From Chiloscyllium plagiosum (lineage: Eukaryota): a DNA stretch of 64,000 nucleotides. Below the pieces are notes generated by a model, which saw only the letters and a list, made by a program, of their open reading frames with translations, was not told the DNA's origin and did no database searches. Location of the stretch: the NCBI RefSeq assembly GCF_004010195.1, contig NC_057716.1, positions 26,253,132-26,317,131 on the forward strand. Direction: 5' to 3'. The position numbers and the translations under genes are program-made. Of this stretch, positions 1-12,470 are shown in pieces (within the stretch, counting starts at the first letter, position 1; each line of letters starts with the position of its first letter).

Positions 1-90
1 GAATGTGCCCAAATCATGAGGAAAGTCTGAAGAACCAAATAGTGAAATTTCAAAAAAGCCCGTGTTCCTTGTCGCGCTTCATTGAGGTGG

Positions 91-207
91 GAGAAAGTGA
101 GGACTGCAGATGCTGGAGGTCAGAGTCAAAAAGTGTGGTGCTTGAAAAGGCAGCATCCGAGGAGCAGGAGAGTCAATGTTTCGAGCATCAGCTCTTCATC
201 AGAAATT
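91..207 (-). mobile_element. Short non-autonomous PLE-like repeat with minimal hammerhead ribozyme
   Basis: Reverse complement of 173-202 = CTGATGA AGAGC TGAT GCTC GAAA CATTGA (core, stem II, GAAA); flank ctgcagatgctggag...gcagcatccgaggagcagg is shared with copies at 22.3, 44.3 and 56 kb. Confidence 0.75.
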
Positions 208-596
208 GAAGTGCCTGCCTCACTTTCAAAATCAACTTAAGAGTTGATGCTCAACTACTGTCTTGAAGGACTAGCAGGTAGGGGAAAAGGATTTTTAAAA
301 GGAGGTCCATTCAACAATGCAATAGAATACTTTTTTGAAGAAATTTCTTAAATTGTTAGATTCAAGAACTCCCCACAATCAGCAACTGTTTTGAAAGTTG
401 TAATGTAAAAACACGAATAAAGAAAACAAAGTTGTCGTTTCTGACATTGGATAGTAACACTCGTGTTCTGTGGTATTTTATCAGTTTCAAACTTATGATT
501 TTTTTCAAATGCTGGATATCAGAAAGGGGGTGTTGTTTAATTGCGTGTGCTCTTTGTAAACTGGTTAAACCATGACAAATGTTTTTGTGTTCTTAG

Positions 597-702
597 GATC
601 GTCTGGAAGTAGGTGGTGTACAGGCACACAACACTCGCAGCAGTAATATTACTAGCCAGTGGCATACCCAGTCCTCCGGCGCCAGAGAGAGAGCAACAAT
701 AG
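597..702 (+). CDS. PARD3B: PARD3B internal coding exon A (106 nt, phase 0->1)
   Basis: Acceptor gtttttgtgttcttag|, donor |gtaagc; open frame DRLEVGGVQAHNTRSSNITSQWHTQSSGARERATI; the terminal G joins CA of the next exon (Ala). Low sequence conservation, so assigned by phase chain and position. Confidence 0.75.
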
Positions 703-845
703 GTAAGCAAGCCTGTGTTGCAATGGAAACAAATTCATGTGCCCTGATCGACCAAAGTTTTGGGGGCTGGTTGCTTAGACTAGATGTTATACGCTCAAGC
801 AAACAAATTGATGTATTCCTCTGATTCAACAATTAAATGATTCCT

Positions 846-1152
846 TTAGTGAGAGGGGCATAACCTTAAGATTAGAGCAATGTTCTTCAGGGACAATGTC
901 AAGAGGCACTTATCAGGTTGTACACTTGCTTGCTGAGCTAGTAGATTTGTTCTTAGACGTTTCGTCACCATGCTCGATGAGCCTCCATCACTGATGATGT
1001 CACCTAACATGGTGACAAAACATCCCAAGAGCAAATCTACCAGCTCAGTGAGCAAATTTACAACCTGATCTACAACCTGAACTACAAATCTTCTCCAAAA
1101 TCTCAAAGGAAGCACTTATTCCCACAACAGGAAGTGAAGGTCTGGAACACTC
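846..1152 (+). mobile_element. CR1 LINE 3' remnant interrupted by a PLE hairpin
   Basis: agaggggcataaccttaagattaga (RGHNLKIR-like) ... gtgaaggtctggaacactc (VWN.L-like), split at ~912. Confidence 0.5.
912..1106. mobile_element. Inverted-repeat (hairpin) Penelope pLTR remnant with hammerhead cores
   Basis: 912-~970 is the reverse complement of ~1010-1067; + strand CTGATGA TGTCACC TAACAT GGTGAC AAAAC; tail actacaaatcttctc matches the PLE terminus at 26101; flanking gcacttat is duplicated. Confidence 0.75.
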
Positions 1153-1160
1153 ATGCTAAT

Positions 1161-1525
1161 TTTTAAAAAAATTAATTCACTTGCTGTGGGCATCACTGGC
1201 TGGGCCAGCATTTATTGCCCAGCTCTGAGTTGTCTAGAAGGCAGTTAAGTGTTAACCAAGTCGCTGTGGATCTGCAGTCACATGGAGGCTAGACCAGGTA
1301 AGGGTGGCAATTTCCTTTTCTTAAAGCACATTTGTGAACCAGCTGTTTTTTTTTCTGACAACCGATAATGGTTTCATGGTCATCATTAGATTCCTAGTTT
1401 CAGATATGTTATTGAATTCAAATTCCACTAATCTGCCATGACAGGATTTGAATCCAGGTCACCAGAACATTAACTAGGTCTCTGGATGAATCATCTTGCA
1501 ATTATATTACTAGGCCATCACCTCT
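1161..1525 (-). mobile_element. Shark tRNA-derived SINE, second family (non-HE1)
   Basis: Reverse complement of the copy at 53358-53740 (head gtgatggcctagt...ggattcaaatcc, tail aataaatgctggcc...gaattaattttttaaaaa). Confidence 0.7.
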
Positions 1526-2110
1526 ATCACCGTACCGACAAAAACTGTTGAGCTGTAGACTTAATTGAAAATTTAAAAACTTGAATGATAGTCTTACCAA
1601 ATAAAAGGCTATGTAGGATTCTGGAAACAGGCACATAGATGAGGTAAGACATGGATCAGCCATGATCTCACCGAATGGACTAATTTTGTTCCTGTGCAGC
1701 AAGTTTGAGTTACATTAATGCATTCTACAAATAATTAATGCCTGAATTAAATGCAATGTTTTTAAAAAAAGGAGGAAAATTTATAGGTGGTTAAAGTGTA
1801 CAAATTGCAGGCTATTAATTTGTATCTGTGGTTCCATTCATTGCCGAAAGCAGCCAGTTGAAGATGAATAACCTGCCTTATAGATTTATAGACATTTCTA
1901 GGTTTGGAGATCGGCAGGAAGATTCTTGGAAGGACCTTACCTTGAAAATCACATACAAGGGGGAGAGTTGAGGGTAAGCTGGATCACACGGAGCAGCTGG
2001 GAGGAATGTGCTTGATGGACCATGTGACTGCACTGTCTTCTGTACTTTGTAGTTGTTATGTTCTCCTCTTTGCAAACTGTGTTACTGTGTTCAGATCACT
2101 GATGAAGATG

Positions 2111-2340
2111 AAAACAAAGAACTGCGGAGCTGGAAATCTGAAACAAAAACAGAAAAAGCTGGAGAAACTCAGTAGGCGTGGTAGTGTGGAGAGAAAGCTG
2201 AGTCAATGTTTCGAGTCCAAAGACCTTTCTTCAGAACTGGATCTGAAGAATAGTCTCTGGACCCAAAATATTGACTCTGCTTTCTCTCTCCAGTTCTCCA
2301 GAAGAGATACCGAACCTGAAGCTTTATTCAGCAATTGCTG
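2111..2340. mobile_element. Inverted pair of hammerhead-bearing short PLE-like repeats
   Basis: Minus core 2203-2234 (CTGAAGA AAGGTC TTTG GACTC GAAA CATTGA) and plus core 2243-2274 (CTGAAGA ATAGTC TCTG GACCC AAAA TATTGA), with complementary flanks. Confidence 0.7.
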
Positions 2341-3172
2341 AAGGAAAAATCTTGCTCCCATAAGAAACAACTGCAGGAACAAACCATGCATACCCCATGC
2401 CCTCTCCCCTCAAACCTATCTCCACCATTCATTAAGATTATGGTTAATCTTCAATCTGTGCTCCACTATCCCGTTGGTCACCATGTCCCTTGATTCCTCA
2501 CATTTGGTAAAAGCTTTTGATTTCAGCCTTGAATATCCTATATAGTGACATAGGTTCACTTTGCTGCTCCCTTCCTTTTTACATGCTTTCTTAATATTTC
2601 CTGCTAGTTCACTTTCATGTTTATTTTCTGCATCTTTATCACCTCTTGGTTTCTGAAACTAAAAACTCAGGCTTACAACTTTTCTTGGCAAGATTAATCT
2701 GACAATAGTATTACATTTTTTTAGGAGCAGGTGGATTTTTATCACAGAGTTTTAATTAGTCAATAGAATGCACATTTGTTGAGAATTTTGAAATTATATT
2801 AAAATAAGTGTTTGCCATAAGGCATGCACATGATTTTGCTGGCAGTCTCATATGTAAGGGCCAAACCAGAATAATCTCCTTATGTATTTAACTTCTTTTT
2901 CACTCACTCAACCAACTGCATCCAGTCTACCATCCATATTGAGCTGTGTTATGAATATCAGAAAACCAATAAATCTCCAACTGTGGTGTCTATTTTCCTT
3001 TCCTAGTCCACTGCATTCATTGCCATCCTCAACATTGCTGATCTTCATTCCTGCAGTAACCCAGGCTCTTAGTACACTCAGTGATGCATTTCCACAGGCA
3101 CTGATGGTCTAATATCTGCTTCAAGCACTCAGAAAAGGGAAGAGAGAGCCTGCGTTTATATAGCACTGGCTT

Positions 3173-3500
3173 ATTAGATTAGATTAGATTAGATTAGATT
3201 ACTTACAGTGTGGAAACAGGCCCTTCGGCCCAACAAGTCCACACCGAACCGCCGAAGCGCAACCCACCCATACCCCTACATTTACCCCTTACCTAACACT
3301 ACGGGCAATTTAGCATGGCCAATTCACCTGACCTGCACATCTTTGGACTGTGGGAGGAAACCGGAGCACCCGGAGGAAACCCACGCAGACACGGGGAGAA
3401 CGTGCAAACTCCACACAGTCAGTCGCCTGAGGCGGGAATTGAACCCGGGTCTCTGATGCTGCGAGGCAGCAGTGCTAACCACTGTACCACCGTGCCGCCC
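3173..3500 (-). mobile_element. HE1-type V-SINE, full length, young
   Basis: tRNA-like head with A/B boxes (tggtacagtggt; ggttcaattcc), V-domain tgtgtggagtttgcacgttctccccgtgtctgcgtgggtttcctccgggtgctccgg, CR1-like tail ending (TAATC)n. Confidence 0.92.
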
Positions 3501-4154
3501 ACTATGTTCGGAGTGTTACCAAAGTACTTTCATTCGTTGAGTTAATTTCATGAAGTACATGTTGGCAGAATACTCCCTTACTAAGCAGAAAACTGGGATC
3601 ATCATCATCATTTTTCACATGAGATCTGCCACCAGGTTATAATACTGTCGTTTGTCAAATGGAACAGGATATTGATGGGGAATTGTATAAAACCTTGGGT
3701 TCGTATGTGTCCCTATGTTCTCCACATTCATGTTCATGGCAATTTCTCTGCTTTCAGTTGTGTAATAATGTCACCAATCTCTGCCACCCCTAGCTCTCAT
3801 TCAATTTAGGGCTAAATAGTGTTTCTGTTGAAGGTCTATGCCTACAAGGCATTCTTTTGAAGGAATTGAGTTCTCCAGGAAAATGGGCACTTTGTTACTC
3901 TTGTCAACCTCCTCAGTGGTGTTTTGCATTAAGACATTTTCAGTCTTTCTGGACACAAGCTTCTTGACTGAAGGAATGTGTCTGTATGGCATGTGAATGT
4001 AATCACAGTTGATTTGTGTATCTTTATTCTACTGGAGTGAACCTGCTTCAAATCACTCCTCATTTACCCTCCATATTTAGAATTTAATGCACAAATTGTT
4101 TCTAGATCTATCAGTTTCCAGGATACTATTTTACAGTCTTGTTTATGTTTACAG

Positions 4155-4260
4155 CAAATGATGAGGGGGAGGTTGAAATTCCACCTCTGCTTCCACCACA
4201 TCCTGATGAAGAAGAGGCCATGGGAATATACAAAATGTGGTCTTTTCGCGAAGATAAGAG
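4155..4260 (+). CDS. PARD3B: PARD3B internal coding exon B (106 nt, phase 1->2)
   Basis: Acceptor tttatgtttacag|, donor AG|gtttgt; frame (A)NDEGEVEIPPLLPPHPDEEEAMGIYKMWSFREDK(S); resembles the Par3-family Pro-rich segment after PDZ3. Confidence 0.82.
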
Positions 4261-4387
4261 GTTTGTAACCAGAAGTTAACCCTAGTCATTAACTTGGTAA
4301 TATAGTAAATGTAGCTTGCTGGTGGTGCTGATTAAACCTCTGCTCGTTAATTTAGATTCTCACTGCTGGGTGAAAGAAAGTCAGAAA

Positions 4388-4590
4388 GTCTGTCTTTATG
4401 TAGCACCATTCACGATCTCAGAGCATCCCAAATCTCTCTCAGCCATTAAAGTACTTTAAGTGTGGAGTCACTGTTGTAATATAGGAAATGTGGCAGCCAA
4501 TTTGTACACAGCAAGGTTCCACAAACCGTATTGCAATAATAATCAGATCATCTGTCAAGCGATCTTGTTTGATGAATGAATAGTGAGTAC
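4388..4590 (-). mobile_element. DeuSINE (SacSINE1-like) remnant
   Basis: gtcactgttgtaatataggaaatgtggcagccaatttgtacacagcaagg... matches the recalled Deu-domain consensus. Confidence 0.6.
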
Positions 4591-5268
4591 AAATGCTTAG
4601 GAGGAAGTAATTAAAACTTCAACACAGAACTAAAAATATTGATAATTGATGACTGTTTACTCTGGAAGTCAACATTTACTCTTTAACTGGGTAAAATTGA
4701 GGAAATGAATAATGGAAATCCCTGGCACATGTGCTATCCACTTAGGTGCCATGTCGTTCAATCTGAAGTCTCTGCAGAGTGACTAATGTGCTATTGTGTT
4801 TTTAGAATATTTGTCACTGCTAGATTGTGTGTATTAATAATTTATACTGTGAGATTGGCCTTAAAAATACGCCTTTGACTGAATGCCACGCATATTGCAG
4901 AACAATAGCCCAACTCATATGCCACTGGGCACCATTTGAGTAGCTATTCTGTTATTGCAAGGGTTGTTATTGATGACAGCACATCAGTCAGTCATTTCTT
5001 TCATTTTCTCCCTGGAGTGCTATTTGTACTTAAACCTCTGGAGTAGGACTTGAACTCTCAAACTTTTAATTTGGAGGCAAAATGCCTACCAACTGAGCAG
5101 TGGCTGACCGTGTAACCAGTTTGTAGATCAATCCACTGGATCAATAAATTCCTAAAACTTTGACCCATGTTTGCCATTCTACAGCTAACTCAATGTGACT
5201 ATCTGATATGAGGTTGCAGCAGTAAATTACTTCACAGGAAAGGTTTTAATTGTGCTTGGCTCCCACAG

Positions 5269-5399
5269 TTCTGACCAGAATTCTGCTTCACAATCGCTGC
5301 ACCAAAGACCGACGGCTGGAGTTGCAGAATATCAGGCCAACAATACTGTGCAGCGGCAGTCTCCTGGCAAAATCAGCGGTTCCAAGAGCATGGATTTGG
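5269..5399 (+). CDS. PARD3B: PARD3B internal coding exon C (131 nt, phase 2->1)
   Basis: Acceptor ctcccacag|, donor G|gtaagg; frame SDQNSASQSLHQRPTAGVAEYQANNTVQRQSPGKISGSKSMDL, ending in the Par3-family SKSMDL motif (ORF track 5252..5440). Confidence 0.9.
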
Positions 5400-8300
5400 G
5401 TAAGGGCCAAGTATCCAACCTGTCACTCAAACAAAACTAATTAAAGTAACAGAACGCGGAGAAGATAAATTAAAAATAGTTTGCACCCTATTGTTGTTTA
5501 ACATGCAAAAACTGAGTGGATCATAGATGTCCATCTGAACCCCCAGGATTAAATGAAATCCTGGTGGCTTGCCCTGCCATCTGTAGTTTTCTTGTAATCT
5601 ATACTGTGAGTTTAATAAGATGAAAGTAGTATTAATGATGGTTAAAAGTAACACCAAAGATGCGAGTTGACTGAAATTGAGCAGATATTCCTTTGATATC
5701 ATGGTGGACTGTGCCCTTTATAGAATTCACAGGGAAGTATAATTGGGTGGTGACTATTAAGCTCTTTATATTAGAGGTTTAATCACGTCAGTCTGGCCTA
5801 GACCCCTCTTTGCTTCCCACTCAGTCTCGTTACCATTAGATTCCATTCTGAAAGGCGCCTCTAATAACAATGAGTATTGCAAAGTGACTGCAAGAGATAG
5901 CAACAATAACTTGCATTTACAGAGTATCTTTAGTACAATAAAATGCCCCAAGGACATTCAGATAAAATTGATACCATGGCTATAATGAGATAGGAGGATG
6001 GGTGGTCGAAAGCTTGCTGAGAAAGGCAGCTATTAAGTGACTTCTTAAATCAGCAAGGAGCAATGAAGAGATTTCAGAGGGAAATCTCAGACAAATCAAG
6101 TCACAGCTGCCAATGATGGGACTTGTGCAAGTGGAATCAACTGTACCTTCTGTTTCATGCACAATCAATCATAATTCAAAATGAACCCTTCCATTATTTG
6201 CGAAAGAGCACCAGGTTGGAACCTGTGGTACAATGGTTCTTCCCGCTATTGGGATCAAGGTACTTTTGGGTGGCAGATTGTTGGGTGCAACTTGCTCATT
6301 GGGAGTGCCGTAGAAAACAGCTAGTATTTAATCTATGTTGTGGTATGTCAGAGGCAAATAAAGATGCTGGCATGTTTTGTATATGCCTGAGCTGTAATTT
6401 GGTTGCAGGGTCACCCAGTTGTTGGTAGAATAGCATAATTTATCTCTCTTCCTGTTCCTTCTGCCAAGCTAGGCTTGGTAAACAAACCTCTACATTTACT
6501 GGTCAGTGTCAGAATCCTGTTTCTGGGGTGACCAGATAAAAATCTACCCAGTTCTCCCCCCTGTCATTTTTTTATGGCCAGTCTTCTGATGTTAGTGGAG
6601 GCTGTGGCAGGTGGGTGAATTGGCATTGTCAAGTCAGGCAGTAGTGAGATCAGGTTAGGTAGGGGCATAGGAGGAAGTTAGATGGCCTGGCCACGTCAGG
6701 TTACGTTTGGGGATAGCAGACAATTGCAGAAGCAGTAGGATGGGATGAGTGATGGTGGGGTCAAGTCAAGAGTGGAGTTGGCTGGTGGGGTTTGGTTCAG
6801 GTATGAGGTGGTGAGTCTGATGGAGTGATCTAGTTGAATGGCGCAGGGGAGGGTGTGAGTGGCAATTCAGTGGGGAGTTGTCAATTGTCTGGTCACCAGG
6901 AGTTAGCCTACGATATTTCTGTCTTAACATTTCCAGGGTAACTATCCAGATAAGTCAGTCAAAAGTCTCAACTTCAACTCAAAGCTGGAGGCTTTTTTTC
7001 CAAAGTTCCTGGGGAATGAGGGAATTGCCCCATGACCTCAGTGTGTTAAGATCTCCAGGAGCTCCCAAAGTATGTATCTGATTTTAAGTTCAGTCTCCAA
7101 TCTGGACAAGTGTGTGAAGTAAAAATTCTTACAGATATTTGCATGGTCAGTGGCATGGAACCTCTTAAAAGCAACAATTTTAACATGCACATGAAATCAC
7201 GGTTTAGAAAATGTGGCAAATTTCAGTAACGTGGCAGCCTTATAAGGCAATTGAGAAATCATTGTAGAAAAAAAAGTGTCATTTGTGGTCTTGCATTGCA
7301 GTTTGCTTTGAGCAATGCTGCTTTAACATTGAGTGACACACTCCTAGCTTCTTTCCATTTCAAATGCGGCCAGAATCCCTATAATCTGCCGAACCTGATT
7401 CCCTGTAATTATTCTTTGAATTCAGAGAGCTCTACTTACTTTAGACATAATTATAATGGGCAATCTCTGGACTGCACAGAAGCCAAAATCATTGCTCGTG
7501 ACGCTGATGCAAGATATAGCTGTATAAAGTGGACATTATGGTTGCTTTTTATTGGACAAGACTTTTAATGTACATATCGTTGTTAATCCCTCAAAGAAGT
7601 TGGATATTGTGCTTGTGAGCTTCCATTGTGCAACATTTATCGTGGAGGTGAATTTACCTTGTAGAACCATACCCTTGCCTACCTGTTAATGTGAAAGAGC
7701 TATAATGTTTGTCATACCTCACTGTTCTTTCCTAGCCTGTGCTGCAATTCTCCTTTTAAGTATATATTCAATTTCTTTCTCTAAATTAAACTTAAATCTG
7801 CTTCCACTCCTTCTCAGGTAGCATATTCCAGATTCTTAAAAATGTTTTGTCTCAACAACTCATTATTAATGCAATGTCCTGAATTTCTTATTTATTGTCT
7901 AATGTGCATGCCTACTAATGAGTCATGCTCCCGTCTGTAAAAGCAGTTTCTCCCCGTCTTTTGAATCAAAATCCTATCGAACCTTTTGTGCTGTAAGAGA
8001 GCCACCCTGACAAGAAGCAGACCTTTTTCAATAATATATATCTGGTGTTTGTTGGCATTGTTAATAAAACCAAATTGTCCCAAAGCAGCTTTATTACGTT
8101 TGACTGAGGTGGGTATGCTGCTGTTGGTAAATATGTACATTCCAGCACTTTTACTCAGCGATAATGAAGAAGCAGTAAATTAGGCACAATTAAGGATAGT
8201 GTAAATGAGAGGACAGACTCAGAGGGCTGAGTGGCTTGTTCTTGTGTTCCTATTCCTGAGGCAAAGTGCGTTTTTCAGAAAACACAGGATCAGCAGGGAA

Positions 8301-9216
8301 AGCTGAGAGTTAGGTGGGGGAGAGAATGCAATCAATCACAAATTGAATTTTGGTATTAATTTGGTGCGGAGTGTCTTGCATGGAAAGGCATGCGCAGCTG
8401 AGCAATTGCTTTGCAACCAGAATATCTGTCACAGGTTGCTTTCCGTTTTGAAGTCCCTGCTTGGAACAGTTAAATCCAATAGGTCAGGTGCATTCCTTTG
8501 TAAGTTCAAGTGTCTGGTCAGATACTGTGAGGCTGTAGTTTGGATAATGGCTGTAAGTCATTAGGGCAGCACTCTCCAGATGAACTCTTACGGTTGGACA
8601 TTGATTTATGACCCACTGCTTTCTCTTAATCATTTCTTTCAAGTGCATGTCTAGCTGAGACTAAGAAAAGACAATATCATCTTGCATAAAACCTGGACAA
8701 GCAGTTCGCTCGATATGCCATGTTCACTTTCACTCAGAAATGCTTGCATGGCTACTAAAAGCACCCTGTAGTGTTCAGAAAAGGACAGAGCAATGGTGAT
8801 TTTTTTTTGCCTGCAAGCCTTAAAATGTAAATTGGTACCTGGAACCTAAGAGGTGTCAGTGACAATGGGAAATTATAAATATTGCATATTTTAAAGTATA
8901 AACATGGTGGTAATAAATATGAAACTTCAGCTGCTTGATGAGAAGGGATCCAGTACAATTAATGGTCACACAGGGTTGCTCATGCTGAATATGGAGGTTG
9001 CATGTTGGCAAACTCTGGAGAATTAATTTTAATCAAACTCACTGAGATGGAAGTTTCTTCAAATGTTGGTTTTGTCCCCAGCACAATGTTGTTCTCCACT
9101 GACGTCAATAGAAATCAACTCAGACTATAAAACATATCACTTTGGAAAGAATTTACTAAAATTTCCACTGCTCTGTCTCTTTATTTTTTGTTGCTGATGT
9201 ATATTTTATTGTGATG

Positions 9217-11470
9217 TTTATTGTAACTGGCGACTTCAATCAAGCCAATCTAAGGAAGTTGTTGCCCAAGTACTACCAGAACATTTACCTGCCCCATCAG
9301 GGGCCCGAACATTTTAGACCACTGCTACACCACTGAGAAGGCTGCCTACCACTCCATCCCTCGCCTTCATTTTGGGAGCTCTGACCACAATGCCGAGTTT
9401 CTTCTCTCAGCTTACAGGCATAAGCTCAAGCAAGAGACCCCCTCGCAGATACAGGTCCAGTGCTGGTCAGAGCAAGCGAAGGATCAACTCTGATGCTGTC
9501 TGGAATCTGCTGATTGGGCCATGTTCAAACAGTCTGCAGGTACCTTGGACAAATACGCCACCACCGTCACAGACATTGTTAGCAAGTGTGTAGAGGACTG
9601 CGTACCAAGAAAGTCAATCCGAGTGTTCCCTAACAGGAAACCTGGATGAATCAGGACATAGAGAACCTGCTAAAAACCAGGTGTGCGGCCTTCAGATCAG
9701 GCGACCCACTCAAATATAAGGAATCCAAGTATGACCTTTGTTGAGCCATTAAGACAGCAAAGGACCAATTCCGATCCAAACTAGAGACCCAGACACCTGG
9801 CGACTATGGCAAGGACTGAATGAAATCACAGGTTCTAAAAAGCGACAGTGCAAGATAGCAGACAATGACACATCCCTCCCAGATCATCTGAACGCATTCT
9901 ATGCTCGCTTTGAGCAGAAGTTTGGCGGAGAGGTAACATCTATTTCAACAAATCCTGATGAACCTATCCCACCAGTCACTGTATCAGAGGTTTGATCAGT
10001 TTTCCTTCGTGTGAATCCAAGGAAAGCGATGGGACCAGATGGAGAAGCAGGCCGTGCAGTCAGAGCAAGCACAGATCAATTGGCAGAAGTCTTCTCGGAC
10101 AGCTTCAAACTCTCTCTGCAGCAGGCCACTGTCCCTGCGTGTTTCAAGAGAGCCAACATCATCCCTGAGCTTGAGAAGGCTCATGCAGCATGTCTTAATG
10201 ACTACCGCCCAGTAGCCCTAATCTCAGTGGTCATAAAAGGCTGGTCATGGCATTAATCAACTCCAGACTCCCCACTACTCTTGACCAACTCCAATTTGCC
10301 TATCGGACCAACAGATCAACATCAGATGCCACATCAGTTGCTCTTCACTCCTCCCTAGAACATATTGACACAAAGAACAGCTACATAAGAATCCTACTCA
10401 TTGACTACAGTTCAGCCTTCAACACTATCCCCTCGATCACTAAACTTAGTGATCTTGGACTAAGCCCCACTCTCTGCAACTGGATCTTCAAGTTCCTGAC
10501 CCCCATGCCACAATCAGTGAAGATTGGGGACAATATCTCATCCTCAATAACACTCAACACTGGAGCCCCCCAGAGTGCGTACTCAGCCCCCTACTGTACT
10601 CACTGTATACCCATGACTGCATTGCCAAATACCAGACTAATGCCATTTACAATTTTGCTGATGACACCAACATAGTCGGTTGAATCTCAGATGACTGCGA
10701 GGTGGAAGACTGGAAAAATGGTGCACTGAGAACAACTAGCTCTCAATGCCAGCAAAACCAGAGAACTCATTATTGACTTTCAGCGGGATGTTACTCATGC
10801 CCCCCCTACACATTGACAGCACAGAGGTGGAATAAGTGGAGAGTGTCAAGCTCCTGGGAATGGTCATCCACAACAAGCTCTGTTGGACTCTTCATGTGGA
10901 CACATTGGTTACAAAGGCCCAACAACATCTCTTTTTCCTCAGACAGCTGAGAAAATTTGGCAGGATGGCGGATACCCTTGTCAACTTTTATAGGTGCGCC
11001 ATTGAGAGCATTCTGTCTGAATGTATCACTACCTGATATGGCAACCGTACCATTCAAGATTGGAGACGGTTACAGAGAGTGGTGAATTCTGCCCAGACAA
11101 TCACAAAGGCCAACCTCCCATCTATAGAATCCATCTACCAGGCCCACTGTCAAGGAAAGGCTGCCAGCATTCTCAAAGATCCATCCCACCCTGGCAACGT
11201 TTTTCTACAACCTCTACCATCAGGGAGAAGGTACAGAAGCCTGAATACACAAACCAGCCAGTTTCGAAACAGTTTCTACCCTACTGTTGTTAGAATACTG
11301 AATGGACTCACAAACCCTTAATATTTGCCTGTACCTGTGTTTTTGTTTTGTCACTGTTTATCTATTACTTACTTATCAGTACTGTTTAACTATGTGATCT
11401 GCCTATATTGCTCGCAAGGCAAAGCTTTTCGCTGTGCCTCAGTACACATGACAATCAATTCAATTCTATT
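9217..11470 (+). mobile_element. Rex1/Babar non-LTR retrotransposon, 5'-truncated, frameshifted
   Basis: APE C-terminus (GDFNQANL...LDHCYT...SDH); RT motifs [55 protein letters not shown]; C-terminus FYRCAIESIL, LPSGRRYRSL; tail atgacaatcaattcaattctatt. Confidence 0.9.
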
Positions 11471-11601
11471 TTTCCCTGCACACTGCTTTTCCAGTAGCAA
11501 ACCTTGCCCAAATGGATGGGGTGTACAACCTCAGCTGTCCAAGACTCTGCTAAGTATCTTTCCTGTGAAAGAAAATGATTTAGGTACAAGAAACCCTTCA
11601 G

Positions 11602-11766
11602 NNNNNNNNNNNNNNNNNNNNNNNNNNNNNNNNNNNNNNNNNNNNNNNNNNNNNNNNNNNNNNNNNNNNNNNNNNNNNNNNNNNNNNNNNNNNNNNNNNN
11701 NNNNNNNNNNNNNNNNNNNNNNNNNNNNNNNNNNNNNNNNNNNNNNNNNNNNNNNNNNNNNNNNNN
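11602..11766. other. Assembly gap (165 N)
   Basis: Run of N. Confidence 1.
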
Positions 11767-11789
11767 TGACTGATTTGTTAACTTTGGCT

Positions 11790-12096
11790 CTATATTCCTT
11801 CATATTATTGCCTTGTTCATCAAGATTCAATATGCCTCTGCCTTCAAATATTTAAAGATTCTGGCTCTGTTGCCTTTTGAAGAAGAGAATTCCAAAGTCA
11901 CATAACTATCTGAGAGAAAAAAGTGTTTCCTCATCTCTGTTTTAGATAGTTGACCGCTTATTCTTAAATGATGACCCCTATTTTTACATATAAGAGAAGG
12001 CATACTTTCTACATTCACCCAGTCAAGTCTCCTTAGGATTTTATATCTTTCAAAATTGTTGCCTCTGACTCTTAAACTCCAGACGTTAATTATCAC
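11790..12096 (-). mobile_element. CR1 LINE 3' remnant
   Basis: ORF 11827..12096: YKILRRLDWVNVE...RGHHLRISG...KTEMRKHFF. Confidence 0.75.
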
Positions 12097-12099
12097 ATA

Positions 12100-12470
12100 C
12101 TATTTGACAGAGATCTGCAGAGGCAGGTCATCAACACTCACTGAAGGAGACAAGTACAGAGCCAAAGATTGTTCCAGCTCGAATTCCTGAGCTTCAGCCT
12201 AAGCAGCTGAAGGCAAGTCTATGAATAATGGTGATACTGGGGAACATGCGAGAATCCAAATTGGAGAGAGACAGGCCTCAGAGAGTTATTGAGCTGAGGA
12301 ACTTAGGGATGGGAAAGCAACAGAGCGATTTAAGTTTGAGATGATAAATTTAAAATTGAGACTTTTCATCTGAGAGCCAGGGTAGGTTACCAAAGATAGT
12401 ATGGTGAGCAAGATTGGATGTGGGTTAAGATATGAACAGTAGAGCTTTAGATGGGCTTAAGCATATGGAA
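12100..12470 (-). mobile_element. Old L2-like LINE remnant
   Basis: Degenerate purine-rich segment with gcctaagcagctgaaggca, typical of the antisense L2 3' region; recognised by eye only. Confidence 0.4.

Noticed and set aside
3430-3500. tRNA-like heads with A/B boxes
   Set aside because: SINE heads continuous with the V-domain; no complete cloverleaf, so not tRNA genes.
3208-3545. Recurrent ORFs MWKQALRPNKST.../MANSPDLHIFGLW... (also at 33, 55, 57 and 61 kb)
   Set aside because: Translations of HE1 SINE sequence, not genes.
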